From assembly GCA_964385015.1 (NCBI GenBank), contig CAYLLS010000001.1, positions 194,339 to 258,338 on the forward strand: a stretch of 64,000 bases of DNA. The letters run 5' to 3'. Positions 1 to 11,284 of the stretch are shown here, piece by piece. A program made the position numbers and the translations under genes. The notes beneath the pieces are model-generated. The model had not been told where the DNA came from. It made no database searches and saw only the letters and a program-made list of their open reading frames with translations. Source of the DNA: an uncultured Myxococcales bacterium (lineage in GTDB: Bacteria > Myxococcota > UBA727 > JABDBI01). How positions within the stretch are numbered: position 1 is the stretch's first letter; each line of letters starts with the position of its first letter.

Positions 1-3000
1 GTAATGCCTAATAATAATGGTTCTGATGTTGCAGTAGATAAATTTTGTTTTAATATTCTTGTATTTTCTTCATAAAAAATTTGTTTTTCTATTTGTTCAT
101 TTTCTAAAAAAGTTGTATCTCCAGATTTAATAATTTTTACTTTTTTTAACATTTGTCTTACAATGACTTCTACATGTTTATCGTTAATTTTTACTCCTTG
201 TAGTCTATATACTTCTTGAATTTCTTCTACCATATATTTTGCTAATGCTTTTTCTCCTAATATTCTTAAAATATCATGTGGATTCACTGAACCTTCCATA
301 AGAGCATCACCTGCTCTTACAAAATCTTCTTCTCTTACATTAATATGTTTCCCTTTTGGAATTAAGTATTCTCTTTTATTGTTTTTATCTGCATAAACAA
401 TGACTTTTCTTTTGCCTTTTGTATCTTTACCAAATATAATGCTACCATCAATTTCAGAAATAATAGCAATATCTTTGGGTTTTCTAGCTTCAAACAATTC
501 AATGACTCTTGGTAATCCTCCAGTGATATCTTTAGTTCTAGATGCTTCTCTATTTACTTTAGCTAAATTATCCCCAGGTGATATCATATCTCCTTCATTG
601 ACAATAATAATAGCACCTATAGGTAATATATAATTTGTTTTTTTATTATTTTTGTCTTTGATTATGATATTTGGTCTTATTGATGTATCTTTAGATTCTA
701 TTATTACTTTATGTGATAATCCAGTAATTTCATCTACTTGATTATTCATAGTAATCCCTTCTATAATATCTTCAAAATATACGCAGCCTTCTTTTTCACT
801 TAAAATATATGATGAAAATGGATCCCATTCTATTAACATCGTACCTGGTTGTATAAAATCACCTTCTTTAACTTTAATTATGGCTCCATATGAAACTGGA
901 TATACTTCACGTTCTCTACCGTTGTTATCCATGATTTTAATATTTCCTTGTCTGTTTATAGCTATAAAAATATTATCTTTTCTTTTAATGACTTCTAATT
1001 TATCATATATTACCGTACCTTTGCCTTTAGCTATATGACTAGATTTTTGAGCTGCACTTGATGCTATCCCTCCAACATGAAAAGTTCTCATTGTTAATTG
1101 AGTGCCAGGTTCACCTATGGATTGTGCTGCTATAACTCCTATTGCTTCACCTATGTTGACCATATGGCCACGTCCTAAATCACGTCCATAACATTTGGCA
1201 CAAATACCTCTTTGTGTTTGACATGTTAATACAGAACGTATCTTTACTTTAGATACTCCTGCACTTTCAATTTTATTGGTTATATCTTCATTGATCTCTT
1301 GATTAGCATCTATAATAAGGTGTCCTGTAATTAAATCATATACTTTTTCTAATGTGATTCGTCCTAAAATTCTATCTCCTATCCCTTCAATAATTTCATT
1401 GCCTTCTACAAGAGGTGAAATTTCAATTCCATCCAAAGTATTGCAATCTAGTTCTGTAATAATGGAATCTTGTGCTACATCCACTAAACGTCTAGTTAAA
1501 TATCCTGAATTTGCAGTTTTTAATGCTGTATCTGCTAGTCCTTTTCTGGCACCGTGTGTAGATATAAAATATTGTAAAGAAGTTAATCCTTCTCTAAAAT
1601 TAGCAGTAATCGGTGTTTCAATTATTTCTCCAGAAGGTTTAGCCATTAATCCTCTCATTCCTGCTAATTGTTTTAATTGTTGACTAGAACCGCGAGCGCC
1701 TGAATCAGCCATAATATATAATGAATTTAGAGATGAAGTAGTGAGTGTTTTGTTGTTATATATAATGGTTTCATGAGAAATTACATTCATCATTTCGTTT
1801 GCAATGTCTTCAGCTGCTTTTGACCAAATATCTATTACTTTATTATAACGTTCTCCATTAGTAATTAATCCTTCAATGTATTGATTTGTAATTTCTTCAA
1901 TTTCTGAATGACAATTATTTAATATTTTTTCCTTTTTAGGTGGAATAATCATATTATGCATTGCAATAGATATTCCTGAATTAGTAGCTTCTGTATATCC
2001 TAAAGTTCTAATTTTATCAGCTAATATGACAGTTTCTTTTTGTCCAGCTAATCTATAACAGTGGTTTATTAAAGATGCCAATTTTTGTTTATTCATAACT
2101 TGATTAATTAAATGAAATGAAATAATGTTTGGCATAATTTCGTATAATAATACTCGTCCTACTGTTGTGTCTACTATTTTATTATTAATTCTGCATTTTA
2201 TAGATGCGTGTAAATGAATTTGTTTTGCATCATATGCAACTCTAACTTCTTTTACATTAGCAAATATCATTCCTTCACCTTTTGATAAAGGATATGATCT
2301 AGTCATATAATAGCACCCTAGTACAATATCTTGCGTAGGAACTATTATTGGCTGGCCTGATGCTGGAGATAAAATGTTATTTGTACTCATCATTAATACT
2401 CTAGCTTCTATTTGCGCTTCTATTGATAATGGTATATGTACTGCCATTTGATCGCCATCAAAATCAGCATTAAATGCTGTGCATACAAGGGGATGTAATT
2501 GTATAGCTTTTCCTTCAACTAATATTGGTTCAAAAGCTTGTAATCCCAATCTATGAAGTGTTGGTGCTCTGTTTAGTAATATAGGATGTTCTTTTATTAC
2601 ATTATCTAGAATATCCCATACTTCTGATTTTTCTTGTTCTACCATGCGTTTTGCTGCTTTAATTGTTGTCACATAACCTTGATTTTCTAATTTACTATAA
2701 ATAAATGGTTTGAACAGTTCTAATGCCATTGATTTAGGTAATCCGCATTGATGTAATTTTAATTCCGGCCCTACTACAATTACAGATCTTCCAGAATAAT
2801 CTACACGTTTACCTAATAAGTTTTGTCTAAATCTTCCATATTTGCCTTTTAACATATCACTTAGGCTTTTTAATGGTCTTTTATTAGATCCAGTAATTAA
2901 TTTGCCTCGTCTACCATTATCAAATAATGCATCAACTGATTCTTGTAACATTCGTTTTTCATTGCGTATAATAATTTCAGGTGCATGTAATTCTTGTAGT

Positions 3001-3872
3001 CTTTTTAATCTGTTATTTCTATTAATTACTCTTCTATATAAATCATTAAGATCAGAAGTAGCAAAACGTCCTCCTTCTAATGGGACTAAAGGTCTTAAAT
3101 CAGGAGCAATAACAGGGATAACTTCTAGCATCATCCATTCTGGTTTATTGTCTGATCCTTTGAATGATTCAATAACTTTTATTCTTTTAATTAATTTTTT
3201 TTTTTTTATTTCAGATGTAGTTATTTTTAATTCTTGTCTTAGTTGTAATGCTAGTTCTTCTATGCCATTGCCAGATCCATTGGAACCTGCTTCTAATTGC
3301 CTTAACAGTTCTTTAATAGCTTCTGCACCCATATTGGCAATGATAGTATCATCACCATATTTATTTAATGCAATTTGATATTGTTCTTCACTTAATAATT
3401 TGCCTTGTGTATAAGGAGTGTTATGAGTTTCTAAAATTATATAACTTTCACAATATAAAACTTTTTCTAAATCTTTTTGTGTCATATCTAGTAAAGCACC
3501 TATGCGACTTGGTAGGCTTTTAAGAAACCAAATATGAGCAACCGGTGTAGCCAATAAGATATGTCCTAATCGTTCTCTTCTTACTTTTGATTTAATTACT
3601 TCTACTCCACATTTTTCACAAATAATGCCCCTATGTTTCATGCGTTTATATTTGCCACATAAACATTCATAATCTTTGATTGGACCAAATATTTTTGCAC
3701 AGAATAAACCATCTCTTTCTGGTTTAAATGTTCTATAATTAATAGTTTCAGGTTTTTTGACTTCTCCATAAGACCAGTCACGAATTTTTTCAGGACTTGC
3801 TAGTTTAATTTTTACACTATCAAAATTAAGCGGATTTTTTGGTTTTTCAAAAAAGTTAAAAATATCTTTCAT
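1..3872 (-). CDS. rpoC: DNA-directed RNA polymerase beta' subunit (3' end runs off the left edge of the window; absent from ORF track)
   Basis: Manual translation from ATG at 3872: [64 protein letters not shown]. Catalytic NADFDGDQM (codon start 2471) is in frame, and the frame is still open at position 1 (EPLLLGIT). Confidence 0.99.
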   Translation of the reverse strand, partial: MKDIFNFFEKPKNPLNFDSVKIKLASPEKIRDWSYGEVKKPETINYRTFKPERDGLFCAKIFGPIKDYECLCGKYKRMKHRGIICEKCGVEVIKSKVRRERLGHILLATPVAHIWFLKSLPSRIGALLDMTQKDLEKVLYCESYIILETHNTPYTQGKLLSEEQYQIALNKYGDDTIIANMGAEAIKELLRQLEAGSNGSGNGIEELALQLRQELKITTSEIKKKKLIKRIKVIESFKGSDNKPEWMMLEVIPVIAPDLRPLVPLEGGRFATSDLNDLYRRVINRNNRLKRLQELHAPEIIIRNEKRMLQESVDALFDNGRRGKLITGSNKRPLKSLSDMLKGKYGRFRQNLLGKRVDYSGRSVIVVGPELKLHQCGLPKSMALELFKPFIYSKLENQGYVTTIKAAKRMVEQEKSEVWDILDNVIKEHPILLNRAPTLHRLGLQAFEPILVEGKAIQLHPLVCTAFNADFDGDQMAVHIPLSIEAQIEARVLMMSTNNILSPASGQPIIVPTQDIVLGCYYMTRSYPLSKGEGMIFANVKEVRVAYDAKQIHLHASIKCRINNKIVDTTVGRVLLYEIMPNIISFHLINQVMNKQKLASLINHCYRLAGQKETVILADKIRTLGYTEATNSGISIAMHNMIIPPKKEKILNNCHSEIEEITNQYIEGLITNGERYNKVIDIWSKAAEDIANEMMNVISHETIIYNNKTLTTSSLNSLYIMADSGARGSSQQLKQLAGMRGLMAKPSGEIIETPITANFREGLTSLQYFISTHGARKGLADTALKTANSGYLTRRLVDVAQDSIITELDCNTLDGIEISPLVEGNEIIEGIGDRILGRITLEKVYDLITGHLIIDANQEINEDITNKIESAGVSKVKIRSVLTCQTQRGICAKCYGRDLGRGHMVNIGEAIGVIAAQSIGEPGTQLTMRTFHVGGIASSAAQKSSHIAKGKGTVIYDKLEVIKRKDNIFIAINRQGNIKIMDNNGREREVYPVSYGAIIKVKEGDFIQPGTMLIEWDPFSSYILSEKEGCVYFEDIIEGITMNNQVDEITGLSHKVIIESKDTSIRPNIIIKDKNNKKTNYILPIGAIIIVNEGDMISPGDNLAKVNREASRTKDITGGLPRVIELFEARKPKDIAIISEIDGSIIFGKDTKGKRKVIVYADKNNKREYLIPKGKHINVREEDFVRAGDALMEGSVNPHDILRILGEKALAKYMVEEIQEVYRLQGVKINDKHVEVIVRQMLKKVKIIKSGDTTFLENEQIEKQIFYEENTRILKQNLSTATSEPLLLGI

Positions 3873-3902
3873 TTATTTTTTCCTAACACATTTTTTGTAT
3901 AA

Positions 3903-6900
3903 TTAATTAGTTGGTTTTTTCTTTTTATCTAATAATTGTATATCTAGTCCGAGACTTTGTAGTTCTTTGATTAAAACATTAAAAGATTCTGGAACTCCTG
4001 ATTCTAGTATATGTTCTCCTTTAATAATAGCTTCGTACATTCTATTTCTGCCAATTATATCATCAGATTTAATAGTTAAAAATTCTTGAAGTGCATACGC
4101 AGCTCCATATGCTTCTAAAGCCCATACTTCCATTTCACCTAATCTTTGTCCACCAAATTGTGCTTTCCCACCTAGAGGTTGTTGTGTGACTAATGAATAT
4201 GGACCAATTGATCTAGCATGAATTTTATTATCTACTAAATGGTGTAATTTTAACATGTACATAATTCCTACTGTTACTTCTTTGTCAAAAGCTTCACCAG
4301 TATGTCCATCAAATAAAATGGTTTGTGCCGATATATCTTGTCCACCTTGACTTAATAGTTGTTGAATTTCTCTTTCAGAAGCTCCATCAAATACTGGAGT
4401 TTTCATTGGTATCCCGGATTGTAAATTAAATATTAGATTTTTTGTTTTGGTTTCATTTAAATTATCAATAATATTATGTTCTTTTGGATTATTAAAAATA
4501 TTTTTTAATTGTGTTTTAATATGATTAATATTCGAATTGTTTTTTATAGCCAGATTTAATTGTTCACTTAATCCTTTAGCTGCCCATCCTAAATGTGATT
4601 CTAAAATTTGTCCAACATTCATTCTGCTTGGAACTCCTAGTGGATTAAGAATAATATCAACTGGAGTTCCATTTGGTAAATATGGCATATCTTCCTCTGG
4701 AAATATTTTAGATATTACGCCTTTATTACCATGTCTGCCAGCCATTTTATCACCAGCTTGTAGTTTTCTTTTTGTAGCTACACATACTTTAATAATTTTA
4801 ATAATTCCTGGTGGTAAATCATCTCCATTATTTAATTGTTTAATTTGTTTTACATATGTATTATTAATATTATTTATATTTGCTTGAGTGTTTTTAATAA
4901 ATGTTTGCATTTGTTTTTTAATATTTATATCGTTTATAGAAATGTTATTGTAATTATCGAAATCTATAGTGTCCATTATACGTTCATTTATTTTTTCACC
5001 ATTATGTGCAATTATGATATTATTGTTGATGAGATTTTCAGTTAATGTGTTATTTTTTAGTATTTTTTTTATATATTGTTTAGCTATATCTTTAATAATA
5101 CGTATTTTATCATTTTTGTTTTTTAAATATTGTGATATTTTATTTTTTTTATCATTAATAGATCTTTTATCTTGAGTGGTTCCCTTTCTTGTGAAAATTT
5201 TAACATTTATCACAGTTCCACCAGTGCCAGAAGGGACATGTAAACTAGTGTTTTTAATGTCTCCAGCTTTTTCTCCAAAAATAGCACGCAATAATTTTTC
5301 TTCAGGAGATAATTGTGTTTCTCCTTTTGGTGTGACTTTACCTACTAATATATTTCCTGGTACAACATTTGCTCCAATTTTTATTATACCAGAATCATCT
5401 AATTTTTGAAGCACATCTTCTGCAGTATTAGGAATATCATTAGTTATTTCTTCAGCGCCTAATTTTGTATCACGCGCTATGCATTCAAATTCTTCAATAT
5501 GAATTGATGTAAAAATGTCATTCTTTACTAGACGTTCACTAACAATAATAGAATCTTCAAAATTATATCCATGCCATGCCATAAATGCTACAGTAACATT
5601 TTGTCCTAGAGCTAATTCTCCATGATGAATTGCTGGACCATCAGCGATAATACTGTCTTGTTTTATATAATCATGCATAGTTACATTAGCAGTTTGATTA
5701 AAACATGTGTCTTGATTAGATCTTTGAAATTTAGTTAATTTATATACATCTATTATATTATGATCAGATGTATAATTCTTTGTATAATCTAATTGTATAA
5801 TAATTTTAGAAGAATCAACATAACATACGATTCCTGAATTTTTGGCAATTTGACATACTCCTGAATCTTTTCCTACAAATGCTTCTATACCAGTTCCTAC
5901 TATTGGAGCATCTGTTTTTAGTAATGGTACAGCCTGTCTTTGCATATTTGAACCCATTAATGCTCTATTGGCATCATTGTGTTCTAAAAATGGAATTAAT
6001 CCAGCAGCTATAGAGACTAATTGATTAGTTGATACTTCCATTAATGTAACATTTTCAGCTAATGTAAGTGTAGTTCCGTGTGATTGTCTTACTTGTATTA
6101 ATTTTTTTTTAAATTTATTTGTTTTATAGTTGATTGATTCAGTTGCTTGGGCTATTGTTTCTTTTTCTTCTTCTAATGCATTATAATATTTAATATGATT
6201 TGTGATTACTCCGTTGATAACATGTCTATATGGTGTTTCTATAAAACCATATTTATTAACTCTTGCAAAAATAGATAAAGAAGCTATTAAACCAATATTT
6301 TGTCCTTCTGGAGTTTCAATCGGACAAATTCTTCCGTAATGAGTTGGATGTACATCTCTTACTTCAAATCCAGCTCTTTCTCTTGTTAGTCCTCCAGGCC
6401 CTAACGCTGATAGTCTGCGTTTATGAGTTATTTCTGATAATGGATTAGTTTGATCCATAAATTGTGATAATTGTGATGATCCAAAAAATTCTTTAATGAC
6501 TGCTGCTATGGGTTTACTATTAATGATTTCATGTAATATAATAGTATCATCATTTTCTTGCATGCTAATTCTTTCTTTTATAATTTTTTCCATTCTAACT
6601 AAACCAATTCTATATTGGTTTTCTACTAGTTCACCAACTGATCTTACTCTTCTGTTTCCTAAATGATCTATATCATCAATCATTCCGTTGCCATTTTTTA
6701 ATTCTATTAAATATTTAATGACTTGTAATATATCATTTTTAGTTAATGTGCATTTTGTTAATGGTTCGTGAGTAGAAAATTTATGGTTTAATTTTAATCT
6801 ACCAACTTCTGATAAATCATATTTTGACATATTAAAAAATAGATTATTTAATAGTTGCTCTGCTATATCTATAGTAGGAGGATCTCCAGGTTTTAATTTT

Positions 6901-8021
6901 TTATAAATTTCAATAGCTGCTTCTTGAGAAGAAGTTGTTTTGTCAGCTAGCCATGTATTTCTGAAATATGGCCCTACATTTAAATTATCTATATATAAGA
7001 TTTTAATATTATTTATATTATGTTGTTTAAAATAATTTAAATGATTTTTTGATAATTTTTCATTGCATTGTACAATAATTTTATTGTTTTCTTTATTAAT
7101 AATATTTTCTGCAGAAATTAATTCTAGAACTTCTTTTTCATGTAACTTAATGGTTTTAATGTTGTTTTTTTTCATTATTTGAATGATTGAATTAGTAATT
7201 TTGCGATTTTTTTTAATTATAATATTTTTATTATCTGGATATAAAATATCATAGGTTGCTCTTTGCCCTAGTAATAAATTAAAATTTATAGATTTATCAA
7301 ATGAACCATCTTTATTTAATATTAATGTTTCTATTTGATAAAAATATTTTAATAATTCATCTATTGATAAATTTAATGCTTTTATTAACATTGTAGCAAG
7401 AAATTTCTTTTTTCTATCTATTCTACAATATATTAAATCTTTATGATCAAATTCAAAATCTATCCATGATCCTCTGTATGGAATAATTCTAGCATTATAT
7501 AAAACTTTCCCAGAAGAATGTGTTTTCCCTCTATCGTTATCAAAAAATACTCCTGGACTTCTATGTAATTGACTAACTACTACTCTTTCAGTGCCATTTA
7601 TCATAAAAGTTCCATAATTAGTCATTAAAGGGATATCTCCAAAATGAAGTTCTTGTTCTTTAGTATTGTCTTTTACATTTGTTCTGCTATTATTTATATA
7701 TATAGAACGAATAGTTATTTTTATAGGGGCTGCAAATGTTAATCCTCTGGTTAGACATTCTTCTAGATCATATTTTGGTTCAGTTAACTTATATGAAACA
7801 AATTCTAATGAAATTTTATTGTTGTAGTCTTTTATAGGGAATACTGATTTAAATGCTGCCTGTAGTCCTATATTTTTTCTTTTATGAGGATTAATATCTG
7901 TTTGTAAAAAATTTTTGTAACTTTGTTTTTGTATATCAATAAGATTTGGCATTGATAATTTACTTTTAATGCTAGAAAAACTTTTGCGGATAGCAAAACT
8001 TTGTCGAAACTCAGTTACCAT
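3903..8021 (-). CDS. rpoB: DNA-directed RNA polymerase beta subunit
   Basis: 1372 aa; GDKMAGRHGNKG, HPTHYGRICPIETPEG and GGQRLGEMEVWALEAYG motifs; directly upstream of rpoC. Confidence 0.99.
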   Translation of the reverse strand: MVTEFRQSFAIRKSFSSIKSKLSMPNLIDIQKQSYKNFLQTDINPHKRKNIGLQAAFKSVFPIKDYNNKISLEFVSYKLTEPKYDLEECLTRGLTFAAPIKITIRSIYINNSRTNVKDNTKEQELHFGDIPLMTNYGTFMINGTERVVVSQLHRSPGVFFDNDRGKTHSSGKVLYNARIIPYRGSWIDFEFDHKDLIYCRIDRKKKFLATMLIKALNLSIDELLKYFYQIETLILNKDGSFDKSINFNLLLGQRATYDILYPDNKNIIIKKNRKITNSIIQIMKKNNIKTIKLHEKEVLELISAENIINKENNKIIVQCNEKLSKNHLNYFKQHNINNIKILYIDNLNVGPYFRNTWLADKTTSSQEAAIEIYKKLKPGDPPTIDIAEQLLNNLFFNMSKYDLSEVGRLKLNHKFSTHEPLTKCTLTKNDILQVIKYLIELKNGNGMIDDIDHLGNRRVRSVGELVENQYRIGLVRMEKIIKERISMQENDDTIILHEIINSKPIAAVIKEFFGSSQLSQFMDQTNPLSEITHKRRLSALGPGGLTRERAGFEVRDVHPTHYGRICPIETPEGQNIGLIASLSIFARVNKYGFIETPYRHVINGVITNHIKYYNALEEEKETIAQATESINYKTNKFKKKLIQVRQSHGTTLTLAENVTLMEVSTNQLVSIAAGLIPFLEHNDANRALMGSNMQRQAVPLLKTDAPIVGTGIEAFVGKDSGVCQIAKNSGIVCYVDSSKIIIQLDYTKNYTSDHNIIDVYKLTKFQRSNQDTCFNQTANVTMHDYIKQDSIIADGPAIHHGELALGQNVTVAFMAWHGYNFEDSIIVSERLVKNDIFTSIHIEEFECIARDTKLGAEEITNDIPNTAEDVLQKLDDSGIIKIGANVVPGNILVGKVTPKGETQLSPEEKLLRAIFGEKAGDIKNTSLHVPSGTGGTVINVKIFTRKGTTQDKRSINDKKNKISQYLKNKNDKIRIIKDIAKQYIKKILKNNTLTENLINNNIIIAHNGEKINERIMDTIDFDNYNNISINDINIKKQMQTFIKNTQANINNINNTYVKQIKQLNNGDDLPPGIIKIIKVCVATKRKLQAGDKMAGRHGNKGVISKIFPEEDMPYLPNGTPVDIILNPLGVPSRMNVGQILESHLGWAAKGLSEQLNLAIKNNSNINHIKTQLKNIFNNPKEHNIIDNLNETKTKNLIFNLQSGIPMKTPVFDGASEREIQQLLSQGGQDISAQTILFDGHTGEAFDKEVTVGIMYMLKLHHLVDNKIHARSIGPYSLVTQQPLGGKAQFGGQRLGEMEVWALEAYGAAYALQEFLTIKSDDIIGRNRMYEAIIKGEHILESGVPESFNVLIKELQSLGLDIQLLDKKKKPTN

Positions 8022-8227
8022 AATGTTTAATCCTCCATTTTTAAATACATAATTTCATATTTAATTTTTAATTTAATTATAGTAATAATAAAAAATATGA
8101 AATAAATTAGTAGACAATAAAACTAATACTACTTATTCTTTTTCGCAAATTTTGTCAATACTTTAATGATTTGTGATATAGAATAAAAGGTAATATGAGT
8201 TAATTATATTATTAATCATATGTTATG

Positions 8228-9511
8228 CTATATATATATTTTATATTGATTTTTGTATATTTGTTTAATAATTAATGGAGCTTGATAAATTGATGTGCGA
8301 ATAATTTTAGTGTAATATTTATGTCTGATATTTATTTCAATATAGTGTTTAATTTTATGTCCTATTATTACTTGAATAGGATAACCTATTAAATTAGCAT
8401 TTTTAATTTTTATAGAGGCATTAATTAATCTATCATCAAATAGTACATCTATATGATATTTTAATAATGTTTGGTATAAGTGTTGACATTGATGGTAATA
8501 GTTATGTGATAATAGTAATATAATGACATGAAATGGCGTTACAGTAATTGGCCAAATTATGCCTTGATTATCATGATTTTGTTCAATTATAGCAGCTATT
8601 GTTCTGCTGACTCCTATTCCATAACAACCCATGTTAATGTATATTTGTTTCCCTTGTTTGTTTATTATGTTAGCATTCATAGCTTTAGAATATTTGTTGT
8701 TTAGAGAAAATATATGTCCTACTTCTATACTGCGTTTAATATTAACATGAGAATTGCATTTATTACATGTAGATAGATTATTAATTTTGTTATTATTTAA
8801 GTTATTTAATTCATAATTAATAATATATCCACATGAATTACATATAATAATTTTATCTTCTCCATATTTTGTTAATGCGTGAATCTCATGATTTTTGTTT
8901 CCACCTATATTACCTGCATGTGCTTCTATATTTAAGGTGTTTAATCCACATGTTTTAAATATTTTTTTATATATATGTTGCATTCTTCTATATATGATTT
9001 CTGTATTTTTTTGATCTTCGCAAAATGAATAAGCATCTTTCATCAGAAATTCTCTGCTTCTTATTAATCCTGATCTAGGTCTTATTTCATCTCTAAATTT
9101 AGTATTTATTTGATATAAAATTAATGGTAATTGTTTATAGCTATATATATGAGATGATATTAAATTAGTAATTATTTCTTCATGAGTAGGTCCAAGACAA
9201 AAATCATTATTATTTCTATCTTTTAGTTTAAACATTTCTTTTCCATATATATTCCAACGATTAGATGTGTCCCATAAATGTTTTGATTGTAATATTGGCA
9301 TGTGAATTTCTTGTGCGTATATTTTATTTAATTCAGTGCGAATAATATTATTAATATTGTTAATTATTTTTAATCCTAATGGTAAATATATATACATGCC
9401 GGATGATGCTTGTCTTATGATACCAGCTTTTAGCATTAAAGTATGAGATATGCTATAACTTTGAGATGGGTTTTCTTTTATTATTGGAATTAACATTTTA
9501 GAATAATACAT
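8228..9511 (-). CDS. proS: Proline--tRNA ligase, short form lacking most of the INS editing domain
   Basis: LGPTHEE, KFRDEIRPRSGLIRSREFLMKDAYSF, IEVGHIF, MGCYGIGVSR, QNHDNQGIIWP; only 427 aa. Confidence 0.96.
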   Translation of the reverse strand: MYYSKMLIPIIKENPSQSYSISHTLMLKAGIIRQASSGMYIYLPLGLKIINNINNIIRTELNKIYAQEIHMPILQSKHLWDTSNRWNIYGKEMFKLKDRNNNDFCLGPTHEEIITNLISSHIYSYKQLPLILYQINTKFRDEIRPRSGLIRSREFLMKDAYSFCEDQKNTEIIYRRMQHIYKKIFKTCGLNTLNIEAHAGNIGGNKNHEIHALTKYGEDKIIICNSCGYIINYELNNLNNNKINNLSTCNKCNSHVNIKRSIEVGHIFSLNNKYSKAMNANIINKQGKQIYINMGCYGIGVSRTIAAIIEQNHDNQGIIWPITVTPFHVIILLLSHNYYHQCQHLYQTLLKYHIDVLFDDRLINASIKIKNANLIGYPIQVIIGHKIKHYIEINIRHKYYTKIIRTSIYQAPLIIKQIYKNQYKIYI

Positions 9512-9684
9512 AAAAAATTTTACCTATATTATAGCTGTTATAAAATATTATATATCAATATATTCTTGAGTATACTATTATGAAGATGTATGCATAATGT
9601 GTATATGAAAATATATAAATTTATATATGATGTATATTTTTTATATTATATATTATATATATGCTATAAACGCTATATTCAAAG

Positions 9685-10809
9685 ATGAAAAATATGAATT
9701 TTTTTTATAAAATATTAGCTACTGATGGGGCTAGTCGCAGAGGCCGTATGTTTACGCCAAGAGGAATTATAGAAACACCAACATTTATGCCAGTTGGTAC
9801 ATGTGCTGCTGTAAAATCATTAATTACAGATGATTTAGAAACTTTAAATGTAGACATTATATTAAGTAATACATATCATTTGATGTTAAGGCCTGGAATG
9901 CAATATTTTAATAAAAATAATAAAATTCATAATTTTATGAAATGGACAAAACCTATTTTAACTGATTCTGGAGGATTTCAGGTATATTCTTTGTCTATAT
10001 TAAATAAAACAAATAATATGCATTCTTTAATAAAAATTTCTGAAAATGGTGTAAGATTTAAAAGTTTTATCAATGGTCATGATTTTAATGTTACTCCAGA
10101 AACAATAATTAATATGCAAAATAATATAGGATCTGATATATTAATGCCATTAGATTATTGTATTTCTTCTGATAGTAATAAGGTAGAAGTAAAATTGGCA
10201 GCAGAAAGAACTACTAGATGGTTAGATAGAAGTATTGCAAGTCATGAGAATAATAATGCAAAATTATTTGGTATTATTCATGGTGGAATATATGATGATT
10301 TAAGAATTATTCATGCAGAAGATATTTGTAGTCGTGATCTTTTTGGTTTTGCTATTGGAGGGTTATCTATTGGAGAAAAAAAAAAATATATGTGGAAGTT
10401 ATGTAATATTGTTGCTAACATTATTCCACATAATAAACCTCGTTATTTAATGGGTGTTGGTTCTCCAGAAGATTTACTAAAAGGTATATTTTATGGAATT
10501 GATATGTTTGATTGTGTTTTGCCTACACGCAATGCTAGAAATGGGACTCTATATACTTCTAAAGGAACCATTTACATGAAACATAGTGTTTATAAATATG
10601 ATAATAAAACATTAGATGATGTATGTACATGTTATGTGTGTTTAAATTTTTCACGTAGTTATTTACATCATTTATTTAAGGCTAATGAGATTATATTTTC
10701 TCGATTAGCATCATTTCATAATATTCATTATTATATGTCACTTGTTAAATTAGCTAGAAAAGCAATTGAAAACGGCATATTTTATTCTATGATGTTAAAT
10801 CTTTATTGA
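9685..10809 (+). CDS. tgt: tRNA-guanine(34) transglycosylase
   Basis: TPTFMPVGT, LTDSGGFQVYSL, KPRYLMGVG, DMFDCVLPTRNARNG, Zn site CTCYVC...H. Confidence 0.97.
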   Translation: MKNMNFFYKILATDGASRRGRMFTPRGIIETPTFMPVGTCAAVKSLITDDLETLNVDIILSNTYHLMLRPGMQYFNKNNKIHNFMKWTKPILTDSGGFQVYSLSILNKTNNMHSLIKISENGVRFKSFINGHDFNVTPETIINMQNNIGSDILMPLDYCISSDSNKVEVKLAAERTTRWLDRSIASHENNNAKLFGIIHGGIYDDLRIIHAEDICSRDLFGFAIGGLSIGEKKKYMWKLCNIVANIIPHNKPRYLMGVGSPEDLLKGIFYGIDMFDCVLPTRNARNGTLYTSKGTIYMKHSVYKYDNKTLDDVCTCYVCLNFSRSYLHHLFKANEIIFSRLASFHNIHYYMSLVKLARKAIENGIFYSMMLNLY

Positions 10810-10899
10810 TAATATTTCATTTATGTATTATAGATTATTTTTTTAATGATAATATATTTTTAATTTATAACTTATGTAAAGTTATATATGGAGTGTTTT

Positions 10900-11229
10900 A
10901 TGTTATATAATTTAAATGTGTTTGCTATGCAAAATGCTAGTGATACTAATAGTAGTCTTGTCTTTATTATTTTAATGTTTGCTATTATGTTTGCTATATT
11001 ATATTTTATTGTAATACGTCCTCAACAAAAACAACAAAAAAATCATAATGAATTAATTGCTGCATTAAAAAAAGGAGATAATGTTATATTGACAAGTGGT
11101 ATTATAGGTAAAATTTATACTGTAGAAAATGATATAATTAGTTTAGAAGTAAGTGATAAAATACGTATAAAAATTTTAAAAAATTCTGTTCAAGCTATTA
11201 ATAATATTCAAAAATTAAATATTAAATAA
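10900..11229 (+). CDS. yajC: Preprotein translocase subunit YajC (start probably the ATG at 10900 after GGAG; ORF track starts at 10888)
   Basis: TM helix followed by YFIVIRPQQKQQK...LKKGDNVILTSGIIG; tgt-yajC-secD-secF order. Confidence 0.95.
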   Translation: MLYNLNVFAMQNASDTNSSLVFIILMFAIMFAILYFIVIRPQQKQQKNHNELIAALKKGDNVILTSGIIGKIYTVENDIISLEVSDKIRIKILKNSVQAINNIQKLNIK

Positions 11230-11284
11230 ACATATCGTTTTTTAATATGTAAATATATGTTTATGTTAATGTAATGTTATTTAT

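Noticed and set aside
3195-3207. 13-nt homopolymer in rpoC as a possible frameshift
   Set aside because: The frame is preserved ([11 protein letters not shown]) and downstream motifs are in frame
400-5409. Plus-strand ORFs opposite rpoC/rpoB (400-633, 1354-1683, 2842-3378, 4537-4887, 4836-5045, 4969-5175, 5176-5409)
   Set aside because: Antisense shadows of highly conserved genes with no recognisable motifs
9685-10809. Eukaryote-like queuine-salvaging TGT (queA is missing next to it)
   Set aside because: Specificity positions look bacterial (LDYC keeps Cys; GGLSIGE has a bulky residue where queuine-inserting enzymes have Gly)
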